A stretch of 64,000 nt of DNA from NCBI GenBank assembly GCA_963821585.1, contig CAWGEI010000005.1, positions 1,094,603-1,158,602 of the forward strand, in the 5' to 3' direction. Both the position numbers and the translations under genes were made by a program. This document shows positions 16,851 through 25,714 of the stretch, in pieces (the stretch's first letter is position 1; each line of letters starts with the position of its first letter). The notes beneath the pieces are model-generated. The model was not told the DNA's origin. It did no database searches and worked only from the letters and a program-made list of their open reading frames with translations. The DNA is from an uncultured Acidobacteriota bacterium (GTDB lineage: Bacteria > Acidobacteriota > Thermoanaerobaculia > Gp7-AA8).

Positions 16851-18356
16851 ATGCAGCCATTGCAAGATCGGTACGACGTCGTGATTCTGGGAGGCGCCTT
16901 CAGCGGTGCGTCCGCCGCGATCCTCCTGCGCCGCGAGTGCCCCGATCTCAGCGTGCTGATCGTCGAGAAGGCCGAGCGCTTCGACGAGAAAGTGGGGGAG
17001 GCGACGACCGAGATGTCGGCGATGTTCCTCACCCGCCGCCTGGCGATGTGGCGGCACCTCGAGAACGAGCAGCTCCCGAAGGAGGGGCTGCGCTACTGGT
17101 TCTCGAACGACAAGGTGACGGGCCATGCGAACGCGAGCGAGACCGGCGGGTTCATCCGCAGCACGGTGCCGGCGTTCCAGCTCCGCCGCGACGCGCTCGA
17201 CGAGCACCTGCTCGCGACGGCGGTCGCGGAGGGCGCCGAGCTGTGGCGGAACGCGCGGGCGACAGACGTCGCGATCGGCGACTTCGAGCACCAGGTCACG
17301 GTCGAGGGACGGGTGATCTCGTGCCGCTGGCTCCTCGACGCCACGGGCCGCGCGAACTTCCTCGGCCGCAGGCTCGATCTGATCGAGCGCAATGACGAGC
17401 ATCCGACCGCCGCGATCTGGTGCCGCTGGAAGAACGTGCGGCACATCGACGACATCGCGGCGCGGGGCGGGTTTTCGGCGAGCAACGTGGGCTCGCGCCG
17501 CCTGGGCACGAATCACTACACCGGCTACGGCTACTGGATCTGGGTGATCCCCCTCGGCAACGGCGAGACGAGCATCGGCGTGGTGTTCGACAAGCGGCTG
17601 ATCGGGCTGCACCAGTCGAAGAACCGGGCCGAGGATTTCATCGGGTTCCTGAAGGCGATCCCGTCGCTGGCGGAGCTGCTCGAAGGGGCGGAGCCGCGGC
17701 TCGAAGACCTGCGGTTCTATTCGAGTCTCGCGTACGCCACGAAGCAGTACATGGGCCGCGGCTGGGCACTCCTCGGCGACGCGGCGGCGTTCCTGGATCC
17801 GTATTACTCGCCGGGGCTGGACCACGCGTCGTTCACCTCCGAGGCGACGGTGGAGATGATCAAGAAGGACCGGATGGGCGAGGACCTGACCGCGCGTATC
17901 GCGGAGCACAACGAGACGTTCGTGCGGTCGTACTGGCGGTTCTTCTACGCGGCGTACAAGGACAAGTACTACTACATGGGCGAGGCCGACCTGCTCAGCG
18001 CGGCCATGCTCATCGACACGGCGCAGTACTACATCTTCGTGGTCATCCCGGCGTACAAGTTCCTGAAGCGCTTCGACTGGATGCCGGTCCTCGGCCCGAA
18101 GCCGGCGTTCCTCAGCTACCAGATGATGCAGATGTACAACCGCCGGTTCAAAACGATCGCGGAGAAACGGCGTGCGGCGGGCCGGGCGGGGATGTACAAC
18201 GACGGACGCCGGATCGTCGCGTATTTCAACCTCGGCGTGGCGCCGCTGCAGATGGTGTTGCGCGGGGTGAAGTTGTGGCTGCGCGCGGAGTGGGGGGCGC
18301 TGTGGATGCGGCGTGTTTCGGAGACGTCACGTCCACAAGAATCGCTCGTCGGGTGA
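16851..18356 (+). CDS. FAD-dependent oxidoreductase of the flavin-dependent halogenase family
   Basis: N-terminal DVVILGGAFSG (GxGxxG), the W-I-W-V-I-P sequence matching the WxWxIP halogenase-family motif, and GDAAAFLDPYYSPGL. Confidence 0.7.
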   Translation: MQPLQDRYDVVILGGAFSGASAAILLRRECPDLSVLIVEKAERFDEKVGEATTEMSAMFLTRRLAMWRHLENEQLPKEGLRYWFSNDKVTGHANASETGGFIRSTVPAFQLRRDALDEHLLATAVAEGAELWRNARATDVAIGDFEHQVTVEGRVISCRWLLDATGRANFLGRRLDLIERNDEHPTAAIWCRWKNVRHIDDIAARGGFSASNVGSRRLGTNHYTGYGYWIWVIPLGNGETSIGVVFDKRLIGLHQSKNRAEDFIGFLKAIPSLAELLEGAEPRLEDLRFYSSLAYATKQYMGRGWALLGDAAAFLDPYYSPGLDHASFTSEATVEMIKKDRMGEDLTARIAEHNETFVRSYWRFFYAAYKDKYYYMGEADLLSAAMLIDTAQYYIFVVIPAYKFLKRFDWMPVLGPKPAFLSYQMMQMYNRRFKTIAEKRRAAGRAGMYNDGRRIVAYFNLGVAPLQMVLRGVKLWLRAEWGALWMRRVSETSRPQESLVG

Positions 18357-18779
18357 GATGCCGTGACGCGCAAGTAATCGCACGTATTCATCGCGGAACG
18401 ATGTTTTCGCGTGATGGATCTTCTGGCGTTCAATGTAGCGCGCAACGATCGCCAGTTGCGACTGGCTGACGCTGAATGCGCTGTAGCCGCGTTGCCATTC
18501 GAAGCGGGTGTGTTCGGGAAAGGTCTCGTGGATCCACTTTGAGGCGCAGCCTTTCACCTTTCCCACGATCTCGGCGGAGGATGCCGTTGGGGGCATGGAG
18601 AGGAGGATGTGCAGGTGGTCCTCGACGCCGTTGATGTTGAGGAGTTTCCCGTGCAATTCGCGGACGATGCCGCCGATGTAGGGGTACAGGCGTTCTTCGA
18701 GGGCGGGATCGATTTGCGGTTTGCGGTCCCTGGTCGAGAACACCACGTGGGTGTAGAGAGCGTTGTAGCTGTGCGGCAT
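18327..18779 (-). mobile_element. IS200/IS605-type Y1 (HUH) transposase-like gene, probable REP-associated tyrosine transposase (RAYT)
   Basis: HLHILLS (HUH) and ARYIERQ (catalytic Tyr, YIxxQ) motifs in 150 aa. No tnpB and no IS ends are seen. A REPIN-like element lies ~50 bp upstream. The 3' end overlaps the oxidoreductase 3' end by 30 nt. Confidence 0.8.
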
Positions 18780-18827
18780 GCGTATCGACGCATGCGGAAG
18801 TCCCGCGGGGATGGTACCTCGGATGTT

Positions 18828-19020
18828 CTGTCGCCCGCTACGCGGGCTCGTTTTTCGTGTCCGCGTCCCGGTTCCCCCGGCTGAAGCCGGCGGCTATTAC
18901 CTAAAGCCTGCTACGCAGGCAACCTCTTGCCCGCGTAGCGGGCAGCCAGACAATAGACCCCGGCTTCAGCCGGGGGACGCGACGAGCGCGCAAGCGGGGA
19001 GCCCGCGTAGCGGGCGACAG
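18828..19020. repeat. ~190-bp nested-palindrome (REPIN-like) element, full copy
   Basis: CTGTCGCCCGCTACGCGGGCTCGTTT ... CCCCCGGCTGAAGCCGG ... GCCCGCGTAGCGGGC ... AATAGACCCCGGCTTCAGCCGGGGG ... GAGCCCGCGTAGCGGGCGACAG. Confidence 0.9.
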
Positions 19021-19029
19021 AAACGCACC

Positions 19030-20325
19030 CTACAACGCCGCCAGCGCCGCGCGTTTGATCTTGCCGCGCTCGTCGACCGGCATCTGCTCGATGAGCTTCA
19101 CGATGCGTGGAACCTTGTGCAACGACAACCGCGTGCGGCAGAACTCGCGCACCTGCTCCCGTGTCACGTCCGGCGTCGCCACGATCGCCGCGGCCACGAC
19201 TTCGCCGCGCGCACCGGCGGGCTCGCCGTACACCTTGGCCTCGCTGACGCCTTCGATCTGCAGCAATACCGCTTCGACCTCGCGCGGGTTGACCTTCTTC
19301 CCCGCGGTGTTGATCAAATCACTCGCGCGGCCGATGAGGGCGATCTCGCCGTCGCGCTCCTCGACGAGATCGTCCGAAACGAACGAACCCTCGGCGAACG
19401 CCTCGAACGTATTCGCGTCGAACAGATACCCCGCCGCAACAGAGCGGCTGCGCACCGACAACCGCTTCGCGTCCGTCGCCAGCGTCACGCCTTCGAGCGC
19501 ACCGCCGACCGTCCCCCGCTCCACCGCCCCGCCGCGGCGGTCGTACGTGATCCCGCCGCACTCGCTGCAGCCATAGAACGAGTGCACGTCGATGCCGAAC
19601 CGCTCGCGGAACTTCCGCGACGTCGACGCCGGCAGCGGCGCGCCCGCGGAGATGAACGTCCGCACGGTCTCGAACGCCCCGTGTGCGGCAATGGCGAGGT
19701 GCTCGAACACCATCGGGATCAGCGGTGCCACCGTGCAGCGGTACTCATTCGCCAGATCGACGAGCGACTGCGGCAGGTAGTCGTTCGACACGACCACCGG
19801 CGTCCCCTGCACGAGCAGCGGCATCACCAGGTTCGAGAAGCCGTAGGAGTGCGAGAACGGGATCGCGCCGAGGTTCACGTCATCCGGCGTGATGCCCATC
19901 GTGGCGCAGATGTTCGTGCAGTCCGCGATGAGGTTCGCCTCCGTCGTCACGATCCCCTTCGGCATCGCCGTCGAGCCGGACGTCAGCTTCACCAGCCGCG
20001 CGTCCGAGGGAACGTCGGCGCGGCGGCCGATCCCGAAGTGGCGGTGGATGCCGGCGACCTCGGTGCCGGTCGCGTCGCGGTCGATGAGGAACACGACCAG
20101 GTCGAGTTTCACCGCGGCCAGGAACGTGGCTACGAAGTCGACCGAGTTCGGGAGCTGGATGGCGAAGCCGTCCCGGGCCTGCACACCCGACGCGGCGAGG
20201 TGGGCCGCGAGCTCGTCGGCGCGGCCGAGGAGCATGGCCCGGGTGGTGACGAAACCGGTGGTGCCGTCGATCAGCGCCGCCGCCTCGGGGGCCTCGCGCA
20301 CGAGTGACTCAAATCGTTGGTGCAT
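19030..20325 (-). CDS. AMP-dependent acyl-CoA/acyl-ACP ligase
   Basis: LTSGSTAMPKG (AMP-binding core motif), FYGCSECGG, GRASDLINTAGKKVNPREVE and a terminal DERGKIKR. The internal ATG (MHQRF) was chosen; the longer track ORF overlaps the ACP gene. Confidence 0.8.
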   Translation of the reverse strand: MHQRFESLVREAPEAAALIDGTTGFVTTRAMLLGRADELAAHLAASGVQARDGFAIQLPNSVDFVATFLAAVKLDLVVFLIDRDATGTEVAGIHRHFGIGRRADVPSDARLVKLTSGSTAMPKGIVTTEANLIADCTNICATMGITPDDVNLGAIPFSHSYGFSNLVMPLLVQGTPVVVSNDYLPQSLVDLANEYRCTVAPLIPMVFEHLAIAAHGAFETVRTFISAGAPLPASTSRKFRERFGIDVHSFYGCSECGGITYDRRGGAVERGTVGGALEGVTLATDAKRLSVRSRSVAAGYLFDANTFEAFAEGSFVSDDLVEERDGEIALIGRASDLINTAGKKVNPREVEAVLLQIEGVSEAKVYGEPAGARGEVVAAAIVATPDVTREQVREFCRTRLSLHKVPRIVKLIEQMPVDERGKIKRAALAAL

Positions 20326-20347
20326 TGGACTTAAAGGGCAGAATAAC

Positions 20348-20632
20348 ATGCACGATATGACCACTGACCTCAGACGAAAACTCAAGGAGCTGCTCATCGA
20401 GCGGCTGAAGTTCGAAGACATGACCCCGGACGACATCCCGGACGACGAGCCGCTCTTCGCCGGCGGCCTCGGCCTGGACTCCATCGACGCGCTGGAGATC
20501 GTGGTGATGCTGGAGAGCGAGTTCGGGATCAAGGTGAAGAACGAGACGTCGGCGCGCGAGTCGTTCCGCTCGATCTCCACGCTCGCGGACTACGTCGGCG
20601 TGAAGCTCGCGCTCGAGCAGCCGCAGGCGTGA
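20348..20632 (+). CDS. acyl carrier protein
   Basis: GGLGLDSIDALEIVVMLESEFG phosphopantetheine attachment motif in ~94 aa. Confidence 0.85.
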   Translation: MHDMTTDLRRKLKELLIERLKFEDMTPDDIPDDEPLFAGGLGLDSIDALEIVVMLESEFGIKVKNETSARESFRSISTLADYVGVKLALEQPQA

Positions 20633-20633
20633 C

Positions 20634-21002
20634 GTGACTTGGCTCAGAAACCTGCCTCATCAGATTCCGTTTCGCGCGGCGAGTGCCGCGCGGAGAATCG
20701 ATGAGAAGACCATCGAGGGCGAGTATCTCGTCACCGCGAACGACACGCTGCCGGTCGGCGTGATGGCGGTCGAGGCGATGGCGCAGTGCGCGGGCGGGCT
20801 GGTGTTCGAGGAGCAGGGCTTCTTCAGCGGCATCGATCGTTGCGAGCTCGTCCGGCAGCTGGAAGTCGGCGATGTCCTGGTCTGCACGGTCACGTTGGAA
20901 GCGGACTTCGGCGGCACGTTCCGCTTCAGTGGAATCGGACGGGTCGATGGAGTAGAAGTCGTGAGGGGCAGGTTCTATCTGTCCGCCCGTGCGCATCCCT
21001 GA
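20634..21002 (+). CDS. hot-dog fold dehydratase-like protein (ApeI/FabZ-like)
   Basis: Size, position between the ACP and KS genes, and the pattern PVGVMAVEAMAQCAGGL...GRVDGVEVVRGRFYL. Confidence 0.55.
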   Translation: MTWLRNLPHQIPFRAASAARRIDEKTIEGEYLVTANDTLPVGVMAVEAMAQCAGGLVFEEQGFFSGIDRCELVRQLEVGDVLVCTVTLEADFGGTFRFSGIGRVDGVEVVRGRFYLSARAHP

Positions 21003-22176
21003 TCTGGACACGCGAATCGCCGTCACCGGTGCCGGCATCGTCTGCTCCATCGGCCGGAACAAGGCCGAGGTGTGGCGGTCGATCGTGGAGTCGCGGGCGG
21101 GGATCGCGAAGCTGACGCGGTTCGAAGGCGAGACCTTCCCCACGGACCTTGCGGCTGAGGTGGACGTGGCGCTGCCGAAAAGCAAGCGGTTGTCGCGGAC
21201 GGATCTGCTCGCGGTCGTTGCGGCACGGGAGGCAATCGAACAGGCGGGAGAGATCCCGCTCGAGCGAGCGGTCGTCTCAACGGGCACGAGCACGGGCGGT
21301 CTGCTGGAAGGCGAGGATTACTACCTCCGCCGCCTGATCCACGGACGGCGCCGCGCACCCGCCTCGCGCGTGCTGCAGCAGCCGACCTCCGGTCCCTCGG
21401 ACGCCGTCGCTCAGGCGTTCCAACTCGGCGGCGGCGTGGTCTCGAATGCGACGGCGTGCGCGTCGGCCGGCGCGGCGATCGGGATGGCCGCGGATTACCT
21501 CCGCTCTCATCACGCGGACGTCGCGATCGCGGGCGGCAGCGACGCGCTCTGCCGGCTGACGTACAGCGGCTTCAACGTGCTCCAGGCGGTCGATCCCGAG
21601 CCGTGCTCGCCGTTCGGCGCAAACCGCAAAGGCATCACCCTTGGCGAAGGCGCGGGCTATCTCGTCCTCGAGCGCTGGGACGACGCGGTCGCGCGCGGCG
21701 CGACCATCCTCGCCGAGCTCTCCGGCTACGGTGCGTCGTGTGATGCGCACCATCCGACGGCTCCCGCGGAAGACGGCCGCGGCGCGGAGGCGGCGATGCG
21801 CGGTGCGTTGTCGGAAGGACGGTTGGCGCCTGCGTCGGTGGACTACGTGAACGCGCACGGCACCGGCACCACCCTCAACGACGCCGCCGAGACCCGCGCG
21901 ATCATCGCCGCCCTCGGCACGGACGTTCCGGCGTCGTCCAGCAAGTCGTACTTCGGCCACACGCTCGGCGCGTCCGGCGCGATCGAGGCGGTGGTGACCG
22001 TGCTCGCGCTGCAGAACCAGATCGCGCCGCCGACGCTGCGTTTGCACGAACGGGCCGTGGAGTGCGCGCTGGACTACATCCCCGAAACGCCGCGCCCGAT
22101 GGCGATGACGAACGTGCTGTCGAACACGTTCGGGTTCGGCGGGAGCAACGTGTCGCTGCTTTTCCGCCGCGTCTGA
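20989..22176 (+). CDS. beta-ketoacyl synthase (KS-alpha, FabF-like)
   Basis: Active-site Cys in NATACASAG, His in CDAHHPTAP and NAHGTGT, and the C-terminal FGFGGSN. Confidence 0.9.
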   Translation: MRIPDLDTRIAVTGAGIVCSIGRNKAEVWRSIVESRAGIAKLTRFEGETFPTDLAAEVDVALPKSKRLSRTDLLAVVAAREAIEQAGEIPLERAVVSTGTSTGGLLEGEDYYLRRLIHGRRRAPASRVLQQPTSGPSDAVAQAFQLGGGVVSNATACASAGAAIGMAADYLRSHHADVAIAGGSDALCRLTYSGFNVLQAVDPEPCSPFGANRKGITLGEGAGYLVLERWDDAVARGATILAELSGYGASCDAHHPTAPAEDGRGAEAAMRGALSEGRLAPASVDYVNAHGTGTTLNDAAETRAIIAALGTDVPASSSKSYFGHTLGASGAIEAVVTVLALQNQIAPPTLRLHERAVECALDYIPETPRPMAMTNVLSNTFGFGGSNVSLLFRRV

Positions 22177-22180
22177 CGCC

Positions 22181-22368
22181 CTGTCGCCCGCTACGCGGGC
22201 TCGTTTGCATCCTGCCGCGCGTTCCCCCGGCTGAAGCCGGGGTCTATTTTCTGGCTGCCCGCTACGCGGGCAAGAGGTTGCCTGCGGAGCAGGCTTCAGG
22301 GAATAGACCCCGGCTTCAGCCGGGGGACGCGCGGCAGGATGCAAACGAGCCCGCGTAGCGGGCGACAG
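22181..22368. repeat. ~190-bp nested-palindrome (REPIN-like) element between the KS-alpha and KS-beta genes
   Basis: Same termini as the 18828 copy. The internal spacers 22207-22221 and 22328-22342 are perfect reverse complements. Confidence 0.9.
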
Positions 22369-22396
22369 ACCACCGCGTGCTATAACCCCGCCCCGC

Positions 22397-23458
22397 GTGC
22401 GCATCCCCATCACCGGCATCGGCGTGATCGCTCCCGGCGCGATCGGCATCGAGGCGTTCCGTGCGTTGCTGGCGAGCGGGGCGAGTGCGGTGGCGGAGGT
22501 CGATCGGTTCGACACCACCGGACTCTCCGCGCACACGGCCGCTCTCGTGCGCGACTTCAAGCCGAAGGACTTCATCCCGGTGATGAAGATGCGGCGGATG
22601 AACGCGCTCTCGCGCCTCGGCGTGGCGGCGGCGAAGCTGGCGATCGAGGACTGCGGCGGCGTGCTGACACCGGAGACGGGTGTGGCGATCGGGACGGCGT
22701 TCGGGCCGGTGCAGACATCGGTCGAGTACATGCAGGAGTATGTCGAGAAGGGCGCGGCGCTGGCGCCTCCGCAGCTGTTCGCGGAGTCGGTGGCGAACGC
22801 GCCGGGGAGTCACATCGCGATCGAGTGGGGATTGCGCGGGTTCAACGTGACGATCACGCAGCGGGAGTCGTCCGCACTCGCCGCGACGATGTACGCGGCG
22901 GCGCAGCTGGCGAAGGGCACGGTGCGCGCGGCGCTGATCGGCGGGGTGGAGGAGGCGAACGAGATGCTGTTCAGCGTGCTCGATCGCATCGGCGCCCTCG
23001 CACACGACAATCACCCGGGCATCATCCTCGGCGAAGGGGGCGCGGTGCTGGTCGCAGGTGCGGGAACGCGGAAGCCGTACGGCTGGCTCGCGGGTTTCGG
23101 CATCGCGCGCGACACGACGGCGACGATCTCGAACTACGGAAGCGATCCGCGCGCGATCGTGAGGGCCGTACAGGCAGCGATGGACGACGCGGGCGTGTCT
23201 CACATCGACGCGATCTACCCGTCGATGAATGGGTCGGTGATGGGCGACGCCACGGAGAGGGCAGCGCTGGACGCTCTTCCGCAGGTGGAGCTGGTGCCGA
23301 CGAAGCAGGTCTTCGGCGAGTACGCCGCCGGCGGCGCGCTGCAGATCGCGGCGGCGCTGGTCGCGCTGGATGAAGGGCGCTACCGCAACGTGCTGGTGAA
23401 TTCCATCTCCGCCGGCGGCGGTATCGTCTGCGCTGTACTTTCCCGGGAGGCCGCGTGA
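22397..23458 (+). CDS. KS-like protein lacking the active-site Cys (chain-length-factor / KS-beta type)
   Basis: Thiolase-fold pattern (ITGIGVIAPG...), but Ser occupies the Cys position (TQRESSALAA) and the His-His pair is not evident. Confidence 0.7.
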   Translation: MRIPITGIGVIAPGAIGIEAFRALLASGASAVAEVDRFDTTGLSAHTAALVRDFKPKDFIPVMKMRRMNALSRLGVAAAKLAIEDCGGVLTPETGVAIGTAFGPVQTSVEYMQEYVEKGAALAPPQLFAESVANAPGSHIAIEWGLRGFNVTITQRESSALAATMYAAAQLAKGTVRAALIGGVEEANEMLFSVLDRIGALAHDNHPGIILGEGGAVLVAGAGTRKPYGWLAGFGIARDTTATISNYGSDPRAIVRAVQAAMDDAGVSHIDAIYPSMNGSVMGDATERAALDALPQVELVPTKQVFGEYAAGGALQIAAALVALDEGRYRNVLVNSISAGGGIVCAVLSREAA

Positions 23459-24123
23459 TCGTTGCAATCATCCCCGCGTTGAACGCCGAGCGCACGGTGC
23501 GCGCCGTCATCGAACAGGCGCTGCAGCAGATCCAGCCGGTGCTCGTCATCGACGACGGCTCGAGCGATCGGACCGGGGACGTCGCGCGCGCCGCGGGCGC
23601 GATCGTGCTGCGGCACGAAGTGAACCGCGGCAAGGGCGCGGCGCTGAAGACGGGCTTCGCCTGGGCGCGGGAGAACGGCTACGACGGCGTCATCACGCTC
23701 GACGCGGACGGCCAGCACCTCCCGTCGGAGATCCCGAAGTTCCTCCGCCAGCGCGAGACCGGCGGCGAAGACCTGATCATCGGCGGACGCGCGCACCTCT
23801 TCGGCCAGATGCTTCCGCGCCGCCGCAACGCGAACCGCTTCTCCGCGTGGTGCATCGCCAAATGCTCCGGCGTGGCCATCACCGACTCGCAGAGCGGCTT
23901 CCGCTTCTACTCCGCCGGCCTGATCGACGGCATCCAGCTGCACACCAACGGCTTCGACATGGAGAGCGAAGTGATCGTGCGTGCGGGGCGCAAGGGGTTC
24001 CGGATCGTGACCATCCCGATCGACCTGGGGTTTGTGGATGGGTTGTCGACCAGCCACTACAAGCCGCTGAAGGACACGTTGCGGATTGCCTGGACGGTCA
24101 CGCGCGCAAGGTTGTTCTGGTAA
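23455..24123 (+). CDS. glycosyltransferase family 2
   Basis: IIPALNAE...VIDDGSSDRT...NRGKGAAL...LDADGQH...DSQSGFR. The GTG start overlaps the previous stop (GTGA). Confidence 0.85.
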   Translation: MIVAIIPALNAERTVRAVIEQALQQIQPVLVIDDGSSDRTGDVARAAGAIVLRHEVNRGKGAALKTGFAWARENGYDGVITLDADGQHLPSEIPKFLRQRETGGEDLIIGGRAHLFGQMLPRRRNANRFSAWCIAKCSGVAITDSQSGFRFYSAGLIDGIQLHTNGFDMESEVIVRAGRKGFRIVTIPIDLGFVDGLSTSHYKPLKDTLRIAWTVTRARLFW

Positions 24124-24157
24124 GTATGGTTGGGGTCAGACCGCCAACCATACTTAC
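24120..24157. terminator. bidirectional hairpin between convergent genes
   Basis: GTAAGTATGGTTGG ggtcagaccg CCAACCATACTTAC is a perfect 14-bp stem. Confidence 0.6.
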
Positions 24158-24163
24158 CAGGTC

Positions 24164-25714
24164 CTATTCCACCGGTTTGCGCGGGATCATCTGCTCGCGG
24201 TTGGCCGATTCCCAGACGAACGTGGCCACCACCACCGCGGCCTGCATGAGGTCTTCGCGCTGGAGGCGCTCGTAGGTGTCCCAGTTCGTGTGGTGGGTGC
24301 GCGTCGAGTACTCCACCTGGTCCTGGATGAACTGGAAGCCGGGGATGCCGGACTCGTCGAAGGGCACGTGGTCCGTGCTGCCGGTGTTGCGCATGGTCAC
24401 GGTCGTAGCGCCGATGTCGTGGAAGGGCTTGAGCCAGGCTTCGAACAGCGGCGCGGCGGCCGCGTTCTCCTGCGCGTAAATCCCGCGGATCTTGCCCGTG
24501 CCGTTGTCGACGTTGAAGTACGCCGACACCTTCGGCCAGCCGGGCTTCTTCTGCAGCTCACCCTTCTCCGTGCGCGCCCAGGACGGGAGCTTGGCCTGCT
24601 CCGGGTCCTTCGGCTCCGCGCGCTTCGCGAAGTGCTCCTCGACGTACGCGCGCGAGCCGAGGAGTCCCTGCTCCTCGCCGCTCCAGAGCGCGATGCGGAT
24701 GGTGCGCTTCGGCGTGCCGAGGGTCTTGAGGATGCGCGCGGCTTCCATCATCACGACCACGCCGGCCGCGTTGTCCGTCGCGCCCGTGCCGGTGTGCCAC
24801 GAGTCGAGGTGCGCGCCCATCATCACCAGCTCGCCCTTCTTGTCCGAGCCCGCGATGTCGGCGACGGTGTTGTACGCGTTGAGGTCCTGATCGTGGTACT
24901 GGGCGCGGATGTCGATCTCAAGCTCCACGTCGATCTTCTCGTCGATCAGGCGCGCGATGCGCGCGTAGTGCTCCGGCGCGAGGCCGATCGCGGTCACGCC
25001 GACCGGCTCATCGTCGCGCCACGTGCCGCCGCCCTGCACGCGGAACACGCCACCGTCGCCGTTGCCCGGCTGCACGACCGCGGCGATCTTCTCGTCCATC
25101 GCGAACTGCGCCAGCTGCTTGCGGAACTCGCGGCGGTTCATGAACTCCCCGCGCCGCGCCGAATCGCGCGCCTGCGGGATCTCGTACTGCGAGAGCTTCA
25201 GCAGCTCGTCGTCGTCGTAGCGCTCGAGGGCCGCCTTGTCCAGCGGCTTCATTTCCTTCGGCTCCGCGATCATGAGGATCGCGCCGGCGAACTTGCCCTT
25301 GTTCTTCTCGAGATCTTCCTTCGACTCCAGCTTGGCCTTCATCACCTTGCCGCGGATCGGGCCGGTCGTTCCCGGCGACCATGCCATCGGCAGGCCGTAC
25401 AGCTGCTGGACATCCGGGGAGAGCATGCGCACCGAGGCGTAGTCCGAAGACCAGCCGCGGCCGAACTTGAACGGCTCGAGGTGCGCGTTGACGAGACCCA
25501 TCTTCGTCAACTCGTCACGCGTCCACTCGTTCGCTTTCTTCATGTTCGGCGAGCCAGTGAGACGGCCGCCGATGCGGTCGGTGAGGGCCTCCGCGTACTC
25601 CATGACCTTGGAGTTGCGGAAACCTTCGTTGCGGATGCGGGAGACGGTCGTGAGGTCCTGGGCCGAGGCGACGACTGCTACGAACAGCACACAAAGGGTA
25701 GCCAACCACTTCAT
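24164..25714 (-). CDS. M28 family aminopeptidase with signal peptide
   Basis: MKWLATLCVLFVAVVASAQD signal peptide. Zn-ligand regions GAHLDSWHTGTGATDNAAG, WSGEEQGLLGS and STDHVPF. Confidence 0.8.
   Translation of the reverse strand: MKWLATLCVLFVAVVASAQDLTTVSRIRNEGFRNSKVMEYAEALTDRIGGRLTGSPNMKKANEWTRDELTKMGLVNAHLEPFKFGRGWSSDYASVRMLSPDVQQLYGLPMAWSPGTTGPIRGKVMKAKLESKEDLEKNKGKFAGAILMIAEPKEMKPLDKAALERYDDDELLKLSQYEIPQARDSARRGEFMNRREFRKQLAQFAMDEKIAAVVQPGNGDGGVFRVQGGGTWRDDEPVGVTAIGLAPEHYARIARLIDEKIDVELEIDIRAQYHDQDLNAYNTVADIAGSDKKGELVMMGAHLDSWHTGTGATDNAAGVVVMMEAARILKTLGTPKRTIRIALWSGEEQGLLGSRAYVEEHFAKRAEPKDPEQAKLPSWARTEKGELQKKPGWPKVSAYFNVDNGTGKIRGIYAQENAAAAPLFEAWLKPFHDIGATTVTMRNTGSTDHVPFDESGIPGFQFIQDQVEYSTRTHHTNWDTYERLQREDLMQAAVVVATFVWESANREQMIPRKPVE

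Noticed and set aside
20325-20348. A mis-called strand or start for the AMP-ligase, given the 22-bp divergent gap to the ACP gene
   Set aside because: AMP-binding motifs are unambiguous on the minus strand and ACP motifs on the plus strand. The tight spacing is real in this sequence and is reported under the PKS-like cassette finding.
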